Positions 1 to 7,648 of a stretch of DNA of 21,892 nt are shown here, in pieces (position 1 is the stretch's first letter; the number at the start of each line of letters is the position of its first letter). The DNA comes from Candidatus Hydrogenedentota bacterium (GTDB lineage: Bacteria; Hydrogenedentota; Hydrogenedentia; Hydrogenedentales; SLHB01): contig BTVY01000073.1 in the NCBI GenBank assembly GCA_045863335.1, forward strand, positions 1 through 21,892. Direction: 5' to 3'. The position numbers and the translations under genes are program-made. The notes under the pieces were generated by a model. The model was not told where the DNA came from and searched no databases. It was given only the letters and a program-made list of their open reading frames with translations.

Positions 1-55
1 ACAGAGGACATTTCTAACGAGTTAAGCCAGAGGACATTTCTAAAGAGTCTTGACA
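1..55. mobile_element. Terminal inverted repeat of an insertion sequence truncated by the window start (TGT-ended, IS1202/ISNCY-like; IS21/IS481 not excluded)
   Basis: Ends in ...TTGACA at 50-55 (TGTCAA on the minus strand). It carries a direct repeat, CAGAGGACATTTCTAA, at 2-17 and 28-43. Its reverse complement aligns with 21839-21892. No transposase lies in the window, so the family call rests on recalled end architecture. Confidence 0.8.
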
Positions 56-117
56 AATCTGACAAGATGATTCGTGATTCCGCCGGAGATTCGAGTAGGC
101 TACAATGTTCAGTCGTA

Positions 118-200
118 GGGCCTGAAAGGCCCAAACATAACAGCCCGGGGCAACGCCCCGGGTTCGAGTGACGACAAAAGGACAGAGCGCTGAAAGTGCG
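118..200. repeat. REP-like composite palindrome (GCCCTGAAAGGGC / CCCGGGGCAACGCCCCGGG type)
   Basis: Hairpins GGGCCTGAAAGGCCC (118-132) and CCCGGGGCAACGCCCCGGG (144-162), plus a degenerate second copy of the first, GCGCTGAAAGTGCG (187-200). Confidence 0.7.
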
Positions 201-251
201 AAACAGTCGCCATAAACGCCTAGCAAAACGCGAGAAATCAGGTTAGATAAA

Positions 252-698
252 ATGCCTTGCAGTGATGTAACCGAGATTATCCAGGTCACGCTCGACAACG
301 ACGAGCGGCTGGTGGACTATTTCTTTTCAAAACGCACCTGCGGCCAGGGCGTCGGCGCGGGCAACCTCCTCATCGAACAGTTCAAAGGCAAGACTGTCGA
401 CGAACTGCTTGCCTATGACGCGGAGCGGTACCTCGCAGAGTTTCCCGTCGAGGACGAGCTGGAAGAGTTCCTCGGCTTGAAACATTTCTTTGCGATTCAG
501 TCCGTGCTGGAGGTGCTGGTCGGGAAAGAGCCCGGCGGGAAAGGCGACCCCTGTGCCGCCGCGGAGATCTCGTACGAGGACGGCCAACTGGTCATTGATG
601 GCCAGATTGAGGTAGACCTCGTGACCGAGAAGATCAAGTCCTGCGGCGGTTGCCGTGGTTGCGGGAAGTCCAAGAAGCCGAAGGTCGTGTTCAACTAG
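252..698 (+). CDS. Cys-rich hypothetical protein; divergent IscU/NifU-N-like domain plus C-terminal CxxCxxC
   Basis: 148 aa with GC3-rich codons. PCSDV...TCG...KGKTVDE parallels IscU CGDV...GCG...KGKSLDE. Cys at 3, 30, 101, 131, 134 and 137. Confidence 0.75.
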   Translation: MPCSDVTEIIQVTLDNDERLVDYFFSKRTCGQGVGAGNLLIEQFKGKTVDELLAYDAERYLAEFPVEDELEEFLGLKHFFAIQSVLEVLVGKEPGGKGDPCAAAEISYEDGQLVIDGQIEVDLVTEKIKSCGGCRGCGKSKKPKVVFN

Positions 699-704
699 GC
701 GGCA

Positions 705-740
705 ATAGGACGCATAGGACGAATGGGACCTATAGGACCT
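705..740. repeat. Degenerate 9-nt tandem repeat, 4 copies
   Basis: ATAGGACGC ATAGGACGA ATGGGACCT ATAGGACCT, starting 6 nt after the stop of 252..698. Confidence 0.8.
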
Positions 741-799
741 TCGCGGGTGTGGCGGCGATCTCGAGCGGTGTGAGTCAGGCGCGTCCGAGTCGGCGGCTG

Positions 800-808
800 T
801 GATACAAT
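800..808 (+). promoter_or_regulatory. Candidate extended -10 promoter for ispG
   Basis: TG-A-TACAAT at 800-808 with no good -35. AGGAG ribosome-binding site at 887-891. Confidence 0.4.
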
Positions 809-901
809 TTGCGAGGTTTCTTTCCGGGGATGCTTGACGCAATTGTTCGCGGCATATCCCGTCGATGTTAATTAAACCCTTGATCCAGGAGTGATTTTCC
901 C

Positions 902-2149
902 ATGGTGTTAGCGGAGCGCCGGAACACGGTTGGCGTGATGGTCGGCGGCATTCAGGTGGGCGGCGGCGCGCCGGTCGTGGTCCAGTCCATGACCAATACG
1001 GACACCGAGGACCCGGTTTCCACGGCCAAACAGATTATCGATCTGGCGAACGCCGGATCGGAACTGGTGCGCATCACCGTGAACACCTCCGAAGCGGCGG
1101 CTGCGGTCGCCGAGATTCGGCAGCGCGTGCGCGACGCCGGGTGCGGCGCACCCATCATCGGCGACTTTCACTTCAACGGGCACAAGCTGCTGACAGAACA
1201 TCCCGATTGCGCGGACGCGTTGGACAAGTACCGCATCAACCCCGGCAACGTGGGCCGAGGGTCCAAACGCGACGTTCAGTTCTCCACGATCTGCAAGGTC
1301 GCCGTGGACCACGGCAAGCCGGTGCGCATCGGCGTCAACGTGGGATCGCTGAACCAGGAACTGGTCATGCAGAAGATGCAGGAGAACACCGACCAGGAAC
1401 TGGGCAAGGATTCCGAAGACATCATCAACGAGTGCATGGTGATTTCGGCGCTGCAATCCACCGAACTTGCGCTCGAGTGCGGATTGCGCAAGGACCAGAT
1501 CATCATTTCCTGCAAGAGTTCAACGCCGCTGCACCTGATCCAGGTCTATCGCGATCTCGCATCCAAGACCGACCAGCCCTTGCACCTCGGCCTGACCGAG
1601 GCTGGCATGGGCACGAAAGGCGTGGCATGGTCGGCGTCGGCCTTGGGTGTGCTGCTTGCCGAAGGCATCGGCGATACCATCCGCGTATCGCTCACGCCGC
1701 GACCCGGCGGCGACCGGTGCGAGGAAGTGTACGCCGCGTGCGAGATCCTACAATCGCTGGGCCTGCGTTCTTTCGCACCGAGCATTACGGCGTGCCCCGG
1801 TTGCGGCCGCACGACGAGCACCGTGTTTCAAGAATTAGCCGAGCAGACGCAGCAGTACATCCGAGGCAAGATGCCGGAGTGGAAGCGGCAGTACCATGGG
1901 TTTGAGGACTTGAAACTCGCGGTGATGGGGTGTGTCGTAAACGGCCCCGGCGAATCCAAGGCCGCGAACATCGGCATCAGCCTGCCTGGCACCGGCGAAT
2001 CGCCGAGTTGTCCGGTGTATATCGACGGTCAGAAGTACAAGACCCTCACCGGCACACCCGATCAGTTGGCGAAAGAGTTCCGGCAGATCGTTGACGACTA
2101 TGTCGCGACGAAATACGGTGAGGCGGGAGGCGTGCTTGCCGGGAGGTAA
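902..2149 (+). CDS. ispG: (E)-4-hydroxy-3-methylbut-2-enyl-diphosphate synthase (GcpE)
   Basis: [34 protein letters not shown] and [10 protein letters not shown] motifs. [4Fe-4S] ligands in CPGCGR and [10 protein letters not shown]. Confidence 0.98.
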   Translation: MVLAERRNTVGVMVGGIQVGGGAPVVVQSMTNTDTEDPVSTAKQIIDLANAGSELVRITVNTSEAAAAVAEIRQRVRDAGCGAPIIGDFHFNGHKLLTEHPDCADALDKYRINPGNVGRGSKRDVQFSTICKVAVDHGKPVRIGVNVGSLNQELVMQKMQENTDQELGKDSEDIINECMVISALQSTELALECGLRKDQIIISCKSSTPLHLIQVYRDLASKTDQPLHLGLTEAGMGTKGVAWSASALGVLLAEGIGDTIRVSLTPRPGGDRCEEVYAACEILQSLGLRSFAPSITACPGCGRTTSTVFQELAEQTQQYIRGKMPEWKRQYHGFEDLKLAVMGCVVNGPGESKAANIGISLPGTGESPSCPVYIDGQKYKTLTGTPDQLAKEFRQIVDDYVATKYGEAGGVLAGR

Positions 2150-2157
2150 AATCCGCG

Positions 2158-3327
2158 CTATCGCGACTTCTTGAACCAAACCGCGCCGATTACCAAGACG
2201 ACCACTCCGGTAATCAACGGTACGAGCCATCGCTGACTACCAGACGCGGAATCCGTTGCCTCGACGTCGTTTCGATCCGCGGTATCGTGGAGTTCGTCGT
2301 CCGCAATCTCCGGGGCCATTGACGCGCGATCACCCCTGGACCCCGTTTGCGCGACACCCTCCCCGTCGCCTTCCTCCCCAGACTTGCCCGTAGGGGCCGC
2401 GCTGGTATCTTCGCCTTGAGCGAGTCTCCTCCGGTTTTCGCGACGCTGCGCGCGCGTCTCCACGCTTAAGGACTCCTCTTCCGCGCGGCGCTCCTGAAGC
2501 AACCGCACCAGCGTCCGGACAGCGTCCCTCAGTTCCGATCGGCTTTCCGCGCGTTCGCCCATGGACTCGATGCTCCGCAGTAATTCATTGATGAGGTCCT
2601 CATGCGAATACGGCAGATCGGGATACTGCTGAATGAATTCCTCTAAGGCCGCGAGGCGCTGCTCCGGCGTCTGTGCCGAGGCGATGGCGTCCGCCATGAG
2701 ATTGAGTACCGCGTTCGCTTCGTATTGCTCGACCGTGAGACGCTCGGCCTCGGACATGGTGTCGTCCGGCGGAACGCTCTTCAGCACCTGCTCGTAATAC
2801 TCCTTGGCCGCGGCGAGATCGCCATTCTGCTCGGCGAGCTTGGCGAGGTTGTAGTAACTGGCGGTTACGATATCGGGGTCATCTGGATACGATTCGATCA
2901 TGTCCCAGTAGAGGCTCTCGGCCGCTTCGGGGTCCACGGTCAACGCCTGGTTCGCGGCCATTTTGTGGACCTGCTTCATGTACGGGTGGGAGGGATCGTA
3001 GGTTTCCATGGTGGTGAGGTATTGATTGTACGCAGCCTCCATGTCAGGCGGCTCGCCGGTCTCCGAGAGATCGGACTCGTAGATCAACCCGATTTGCGTT
3101 TCGAGCTGAATGTTGTTCGCGTAGCCGGGATTCTCATCGATGAGTGTGCGGTATTCGTTGATGAGCGCCTGTTTGCCCTGGGTGCGGGCAATTTCCGGGC
3201 CCTCTTGCTGCAACTCCGCAATGCGGGCCAGGTACGTTTCGCGATCCAATGCCTGCTGGGCCGAAACGGAAATGGCGAGCACTGCAAGAACGCACGCAAT
3301 CCTGGCTATGAAACGAACCGGCAGCAT
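2158..3327 (-). CDS. Exported TPR-repeat protein with C-terminal membrane anchor
   Basis: Signal-peptide-like N-terminus (...VLAVLAISVSA-QQ), TPR-like helices (SYYNLAKLAEQNGDLAAAKEYYEQVLKSVP) and an acidic linker. Ends in WLVPLITGVVVLVIGAVWF-KKSR. Confidence 0.8.
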   Translation of the reverse strand: MLPVRFIARIACVLAVLAISVSAQQALDRETYLARIAELQQEGPEIARTQGKQALINEYRTLIDENPGYANNIQLETQIGLIYESDLSETGEPPDMEAAYNQYLTTMETYDPSHPYMKQVHKMAANQALTVDPEAAESLYWDMIESYPDDPDIVTASYYNLAKLAEQNGDLAAAKEYYEQVLKSVPPDDTMSEAERLTVEQYEANAVLNLMADAIASAQTPEQRLAALEEFIQQYPDLPYSHEDLINELLRSIESMGERAESRSELRDAVRTLVRLLQERRAEEESLSVETRAQRRENRRRLAQGEDTSAAPTGKSGEEGDGEGVAQTGSRGDRASMAPEIADDELHDTADRNDVEATDSASGSQRWLVPLITGVVVLVIGAVWFKKSR

Positions 3328-3403
3328 AGTCCTCTTTCGTCATTACCCGATGACCACTGTACAAACGATCTTACCATTCGATACCGCGCAAAGTCTCCGC
3401 CAG

Positions 3404-3433
3404 TTGTCCCTCGCCGGAATTCGTTGTTAGAAT
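3404..3433 (+). promoter_or_regulatory. Candidate sigma70 promoter of the HEAT/YbjN-pentapeptide-MBL operon
   Basis: TTGTCC (3404-3409), 18-nt spacer ending TGT, then TAGAAT (3428-3433). AAGGAG follows at 3442-3447. Confidence 0.55.
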
Positions 3434-3456
3434 GGCCCGCAAAGGAGACCTGGGCA

Positions 3457-4092
3457 ATGTTTGAAACGATTGATGGTGCAGCCGAAAACCTTCGAAACCG
3501 GGACGCGGGATGGGTTACCCGGCGGGATGGCGCAGACCTGTTGGGAAAGCTCGCCATCCGCGCGCTCGGCGCCTTGCACGAGGCCAGCGACGAACAGGAC
3601 GTGGACGTCCGCCGCGCGGTCGACCAGGCGTTGGGCCAGGCGGCGGCAGCCCTGGAAGGCGTTAAGCCTCGTCCCGTGGAGCGGTCCTTTACCCTGGAAG
3701 AACTCGTTCGATCCAGCGAGAAGCCCGGCGAACGAACGCTCACCATGGTCAACGAAAACGAATATCTCATGGAAGTGAGCCAGAAGAACGGCCGCAAGCA
3801 GTCCGTTCACATTCGCAAGTTCCAGCGCAAAGACGGCGTCGACCTGATCCAGGTGTTCACGATTTGCGGCAAGGCCGACCCCAGCGCATATGCGTGGGCG
3901 TTGCGCGCCAACATGAAACTGGTGCAGGGCGCGATTGCGTTGACGAAAAACGGCGACGATGAACAGTTCGTCTTGACGACATCGTTCATCGCCGAGCACG
4001 TCACACGTTGGGAGATGAAGGCCGCGATCAAGGAAACTGCCTACTACGGCGACTGGATGGAGAGCAAACTTTCCCAGCAAGATGAGTTTTAG
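3457..4092 (+). CDS. HEAT-repeat plus YbjN/CesT-like (type III chaperone fold) domain protein
   Basis: Start reassigned to ATG 3457 (RBS AAGGAG) within ORF 2725..4092. HEAT-like WVTRRDGADLLG and DVDVRRAVDQALG. C-terminal GRKQSV...ALRANMKLVQGAIAL...GDWMESKLSQQDEF is typical of YbjN-like domains. Confidence 0.75.
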   Translation: MFETIDGAAENLRNRDAGWVTRRDGADLLGKLAIRALGALHEASDEQDVDVRRAVDQALGQAAAALEGVKPRPVERSFTLEELVRSSEKPGERTLTMVNENEYLMEVSQKNGRKQSVHIRKFQRKDGVDLIQVFTICGKADPSAYAWALRANMKLVQGAIALTKNGDDEQFVLTTSFIAEHVTRWEMKAAIKETAYYGDWMESKLSQQDEF

Positions 4093-4112
4093 ACCGACGA
4101 GGAGTCTGCGGC

Positions 4113-4622
4113 ATGGATCGAGAGACCCTGGTGCAACGAATCAAGTCCGGTGAATGTGCCGGTTCGGAGCTTGGCGCGGTGGATTTGTCCGGTTGCGATC
4201 TTTCGGGAGCCGATCTTTCCAACACGCGGCTTTCCTGCGCGAAGCTCTCGGGGTGCAATCTGAGCGGCGCGAATCTCCATCACGCGTTCCTGGACGGCGC
4301 CAACCTGGAGGACGCCGATCTTTCCGGCGCAAACCTCGAGTTCGCCGTGCTCGGCGCAGCAAACCTGAATAACGCCAACCTGACAGGAGCGAATCTTCAA
4401 CGCGCAAATCTCGTGGGGACACGCGCGCGTGAAGCCCGATTCGATGGAGCGAAGCTCTATTACTCGCGGCCCGGCAACGGCGATTTCCAGGGGGCCAGTT
4501 TCCGGAATGCTGATATCCAGCGCGCGATCTTTCGCCGGGCCAATCTTGCCAATGCCGATTTGCGCGGCGCGACCGGGCAGGCAAACTTCGATCGGGCCAA
4601 CCTGGAGGGCGCGCAGCAATGA
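4113..4622 (+). CDS. Pentapeptide repeat protein
   Basis: Continuous A(D/N)Lxx repeats over most of the 169 aa. RBS GAGGAG upstream. Confidence 0.93.
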   Translation: MDRETLVQRIKSGECAGSELGAVDLSGCDLSGADLSNTRLSCAKLSGCNLSGANLHHAFLDGANLEDADLSGANLEFAVLGAANLNNANLTGANLQRANLVGTRAREARFDGAKLYYSRPGNGDFQGASFRNADIQRAIFRRANLANADLRGATGQANFDRANLEGAQQ

Positions 4623-5182
4623 TTGTACGTCACTTTCTGTTGGACGTGAACGAAGTGAATGCGTTCGTCGTGGGATGCCCCGAAACGAAGGAGGCCATGC
4701 TCATCGACGCGGGAGCCTATGACGACGCCGTAGCGCAGTTCTTGAAGGAGCAGGGGCTGACGCTGAAGATGGTGTTCATTACGCACGACCACTACGACCA
4801 TACGGACGGCCTTGACGAATACGTCTCGCGTTATTCGGCGGATGTCATTGCGAGCATCCCGAAGGTCCAAGGCCATAAAGTTGCCATGCAGGTGAAGCAC
4901 GGGGATACGGTGCGGGTGGGGAATCTCACGGGAACCGTCTACGAGACGCCCGGGCACACGCCGGAAGGGGTGAGCCTGGCGTTTCCGGGCTGCGTCTTCA
5001 CGGGTGACGCGTTGTTCGCTGGTTCGGTGGGCGGTACCGCGTCCGAGGCGGACAAGCAGCGCCAGTTGGATGCGATACGCAAGTACATCTTTACCCTGCC
5101 GCCGGAGACACAGGTGCATGTGGGACACGGGCCATCCAGCACCGTGGCGATCGAGAGCCGGTACAATCCGTTCTTCGTGTGA
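4619..5182 (+). CDS. MBL-fold metallo-hydrolase (glyoxalase II/YcbL-like)
   Basis: THDHYDH, TPGHT, FTGDALF and GHG motifs. ATGA overlap with the upstream gene. Confidence 0.92.
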   Translation: MIVRHFLLDVNEVNAFVVGCPETKEAMLIDAGAYDDAVAQFLKEQGLTLKMVFITHDHYDHTDGLDEYVSRYSADVIASIPKVQGHKVAMQVKHGDTVRVGNLTGTVYETPGHTPEGVSLAFPGCVFTGDALFAGSVGGTASEADKQRQLDAIRKYIFTLPPETQVHVGHGPSSTVAIESRYNPFFV

Positions 5183-5223
5183 TGTCAAGGAGCATCACGC
5201 GATCCGCGTGACCTGTGTTCTTA

Positions 5224-5265
5224 AACGGGCAGGATGCCCGTTCTCCTTGGAGGATGCCCGCGCTT
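5224..5265. repeat. REP element (GGAG + palindrome on minus strand) plus a partial second copy
   Basis: AACGGGC-AGGAT-GCCCGTT (5224-5242) followed by CTCC, then a half copy AGGATGCCCGCGCT from 5251. Lies between convergent genes. Confidence 0.65.
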
Positions 5266-5267
5266 GC

Positions 5268-5633
5268 CTACCGTTTCCGGGGGCCGCGGCGGCGTTGGTG
5301 GGGTCGTTTGCGCCGGGATGGGTTTTTGCGGGGCAGTTCGGATTCGAGCGCGTGTGCCGGTTGCGCTGCGGGTTTGCGTTGGGCCGGCACGAAGCGCGCG
5401 CGTTCTTCCGTGGCGGAGTTGAAGCTTTCGCATCGCGGGCACTTGGACAATTCGTCGTCGGATTCGTCCAGATAGTTGTACCCGCAGAACGCGCAGCGCC
5501 ACAGATATTGTTTGCCCAGGTAGCGATGGGGGCGGCGCACGGTGATCTCCGTGTACAGCCAGATGAACAGGGCCATGGCGCCCAGCACGCTGGAGTACAA
5601 GACCAGGGCCCACTTCAGTTCCATGGCGATCAT
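5268..5633 (-). CDS. Small single-pass membrane protein with CxxC-x14-CxxC zinc ribbon and Arg-rich tail
   Basis: Hydrophobic residues ~8-27, then C47-AF-C50 and C65-PR-C68, tail SRRKRPHQRRRGPRKR. ATGA overlap with the upstream tonB-like gene. Confidence 0.85.
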   Translation of the reverse strand: MIAMELKWALVLYSSVLGAMALFIWLYTEITVRRPHRYLGKQYLWRCAFCGYNYLDESDDELSKCPRCESFNSATEERARFVPAQRKPAAQPAHALESELPRKNPSRRKRPHQRRRGPRKR

Positions 5634-6451
5634 AACGATGGCCCCTCGTCCGGCGCGATCAGCAGTGTGCCATATTGATCGTCCGCAATGTCCCCTTCCA
5701 TAGGGGCGAATTGGTATTTGATCAACGCCTTGCCCGCGGACGCGACAACGCCATCCTCGTCCTCGATTGGTGTCATGACTTCAATGACCTGGCCGGCCGG
5801 GTTCACCTTGAACATGATCGCGATGGGTTCGGTCAGTGTTTTCGGGTCGAGCCTCCACAACGCATCGATGGGCGGCGAGAAGATCAGTTCGCGATCTTCG
5901 GGCGCGCTCATCCAGTCGATGTAGAGCGCCAACCCTTCGACCGGCCGGGATACCGGCTGCAGGCCCGACGCATCCTCCTCTTCCGGTGCGTCGAAGACGG
6001 TCAACTGGCGCAGCGCGTCCTGCAACCGGCCAACCTCGCGTCCGAAACGCGCCCAGGGATCTTGCGGTCCTTCCTGTTCGAAATGGGATCGAATGCGCAG
6101 CCCTTCCTCGCGCACCTGCAACCGCTCCAGTTCCGCCACTTCGAGGCGCGGCAGGCTGATCTGAGGCAAGGCGGGGTCGAGGTTTTCGGGAGCGGACAAC
6201 GCCAGCGCCTCCAGCTCCGGTGGGACCTCGGTGATTACCGGATTCAGCGCTTCTTCGATGGACGGGACCTGCAATTCATTGCGCGGACCTCGAATGACGG
6301 ACTCGTGCGTGACGGGGTCGACGAGGTCGAAAGTGTAGTACTCCAGCTCCCGGACCGGAATCCAGATGTAGATCGAGAACAGCGTCACCATGGACAAATG
6401 GAAGAGGATGGAAACGCCCAGCGATATTTTGAACGCGCGGTCGCGGGCCAT
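5630..6451 (-). CDS. Divergent TonB/TolA-like energy transducer
   Basis: N-terminal TM with S14-x3-H18. C-terminal IAIMFKVNPAGQV...AGKALIKYQFAP resembles the TonB C-terminal domain. Starts 13 nt after exbD. Confidence 0.7.
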   Translation of the reverse strand: MARDRAFKISLGVSILFHLSMVTLFSIYIWIPVRELEYYTFDLVDPVTHESVIRGPRNELQVPSIEEALNPVITEVPPELEALALSAPENLDPALPQISLPRLEVAELERLQVREEGLRIRSHFEQEGPQDPWARFGREVGRLQDALRQLTVFDAPEEEDASGLQPVSRPVEGLALYIDWMSAPEDRELIFSPPIDALWRLDPKTLTEPIAIMFKVNPAGQVIEVMTPIEDEDGVVASAGKALIKYQFAPMEGDIADDQYGTLLIAPDEGPSL

Positions 6452-6464
6452 AGATGCTTACTCG

Positions 6465-6908
6465 CTATTCTTCAGGGGGCGGTTCCGCGGCAATACCGTA
6501 GCGCTCGACCCCCACGCTCGTGGCAATGCCGAGCACCTGCACGAGCCGTCCCGTTTCGATTCGGGCGTCCGGACGGATCAGGACCATCGTTTCCGGCCGG
6601 GCCGCCATTTCGTCCGCGATGATGCGGGAGAGTTCCGCCCAACTTGAGATCTCATCGTTGTCCACGTACACCCGGCCGTTGCCGTCGGGGCCGCCCTCGC
6701 CGTACTGCAAGGTAATGGAGAGGTCCTTTTGCTCCAGCGCCTCCGAACCCTCGGCCACGGGCGTTTCGATTTGAATGCTGCTCTGGACCACGAAGGTCGA
6801 AGAGAGCATGAAGAACACGAGGAGCTGGAACACGACGTCGATTAATGGCGTCATATCAAGGTTCGCCCGGACCTTTCGCTTGTCGACGGTTGCGACACGA
6901 AACTTCAT
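6465..6908 (-). CDS. exbD: ExbD/TolR family biopolymer transporter
   Basis: LDMTPLIDVVFQLLVFFML TM with the conserved Asp. VLIRPDA motif in the periplasmic domain. Confidence 0.93.
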   Translation of the reverse strand: MKFRVATVDKRKVRANLDMTPLIDVVFQLLVFFMLSSTFVVQSSIQIETPVAEGSEALEQKDLSITLQYGEGGPDGNGRVYVDNDEISSWAELSRIIADEMAARPETMVLIRPDARIETGRLVQVLGIATSVGVERYGIAAEPPPEE

Positions 6909-6923
6909 GGTTTCGCCTCCGCC

Positions 6924-7571
6924 CTAAATCTCGCGTTCGCCGCGGTTCTTGGTGAGCAGTTCCACGAGTTCCGAAGAACTGATTTCCATTTCCAGAATCA
7001 TATTCTCCACGCGGGTGACAAAGTAGTTGTACACGACCAGTGTGGGAATGGCGACCGTCAATCCCGCCGCGGTGGTGATGAGCGCGTTGCCGATACCTTC
7101 GGCGAGATCCGAAGGGTTGACCTGTCCCTGCTTGTGCTGGATCTGGGCAAAGGCCTTGATCATACCCTGTACGGTACCCAGCAGGCCCAGCAGCGGGGCG
7201 ATATTGGCGCAGGTCGCCAGGGCGGACATGTAGCGCTCGAGCCGCGGGATTTCCAGATGTCCGGCGTCTTCGATGGCTTCCCGGATGTCCTCCTTGCTGC
7301 GGTTGTGCTTGAGGATCCCCGCCTTCATGATACGGGCGACCGGCGCGTCGGTTTCGTCGCAGATGGCGATGGCTTCCTGCACGCGGTTCTGCCGAAGGAC
7401 CGTCCGCATGGCGTCCATAAACTCGCGGGTGTCGATGGTCGCCCGCCGAAGGGTCCAGAAGCGCTCGATGGTAATGGCGACTGCGATAATGGACACGGCC
7501 ATTATCGGGAACATCAACACGCCGCCTTCCCAGAAGATGTTCAGCATGCGTTCGGTAATCGGTTCATTCAC
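6924..7571 (-). CDS. exbB: MotA/TolQ/ExbB proton channel protein
   Basis: APLLGLLGTV and ALITTAAGLTVAIP motifs. Start placed at GTG 7571 behind GGAGG (the track ORF begins at 7634). Confidence 0.93.
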   Translation of the reverse strand: MNEPITERMLNIFWEGGVLMFPIMAVSIIAVAITIERFWTLRRATIDTREFMDAMRTVLRQNRVQEAIAICDETDAPVARIMKAGILKHNRSKEDIREAIEDAGHLEIPRLERYMSALATCANIAPLLGLLGTVQGMIKAFAQIQHKQGQVNPSDLAEGIGNALITTAAGLTVAIPTLVVYNYFVTRVENMILEMEISSSELVELLTKNRGEREI

Positions 7572-7648
7572 GGACGTACGTCCTCCAACCTTGGTGTCGT
7601 TTCGTGTGGCGACTTCGCGGCGCGCCTGACCCACCGTGGCCGCCGCAA

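Noticed and set aside
1-55. CRISPR array or replication iterons from the 16-nt direct repeat
   Set aside because: Only two copies with a 26-nt period, no spacers of CRISPR length and no cas or rep gene. An IS terminus explains it better.
2725-3456. N-terminal 244 codons of ORF 2725..4092
   Set aside because: Mostly antisense to the TPR gene. A promoter and RBS support the start at 3457.
4113-5182. Qnr quinolone-resistance gene and metallo-beta-lactamase
   Set aside because: The pentapeptide repeats are generic. The MBL lacks a signal peptide and has glyoxalase II/YcbL-type motifs.
5268-5633. Hydrogenase maturation factor HypA
   Set aside because: Shares only the CxxC...CPxC ribbon. It lacks the N-terminal MHE nickel motif and has a TM helix.
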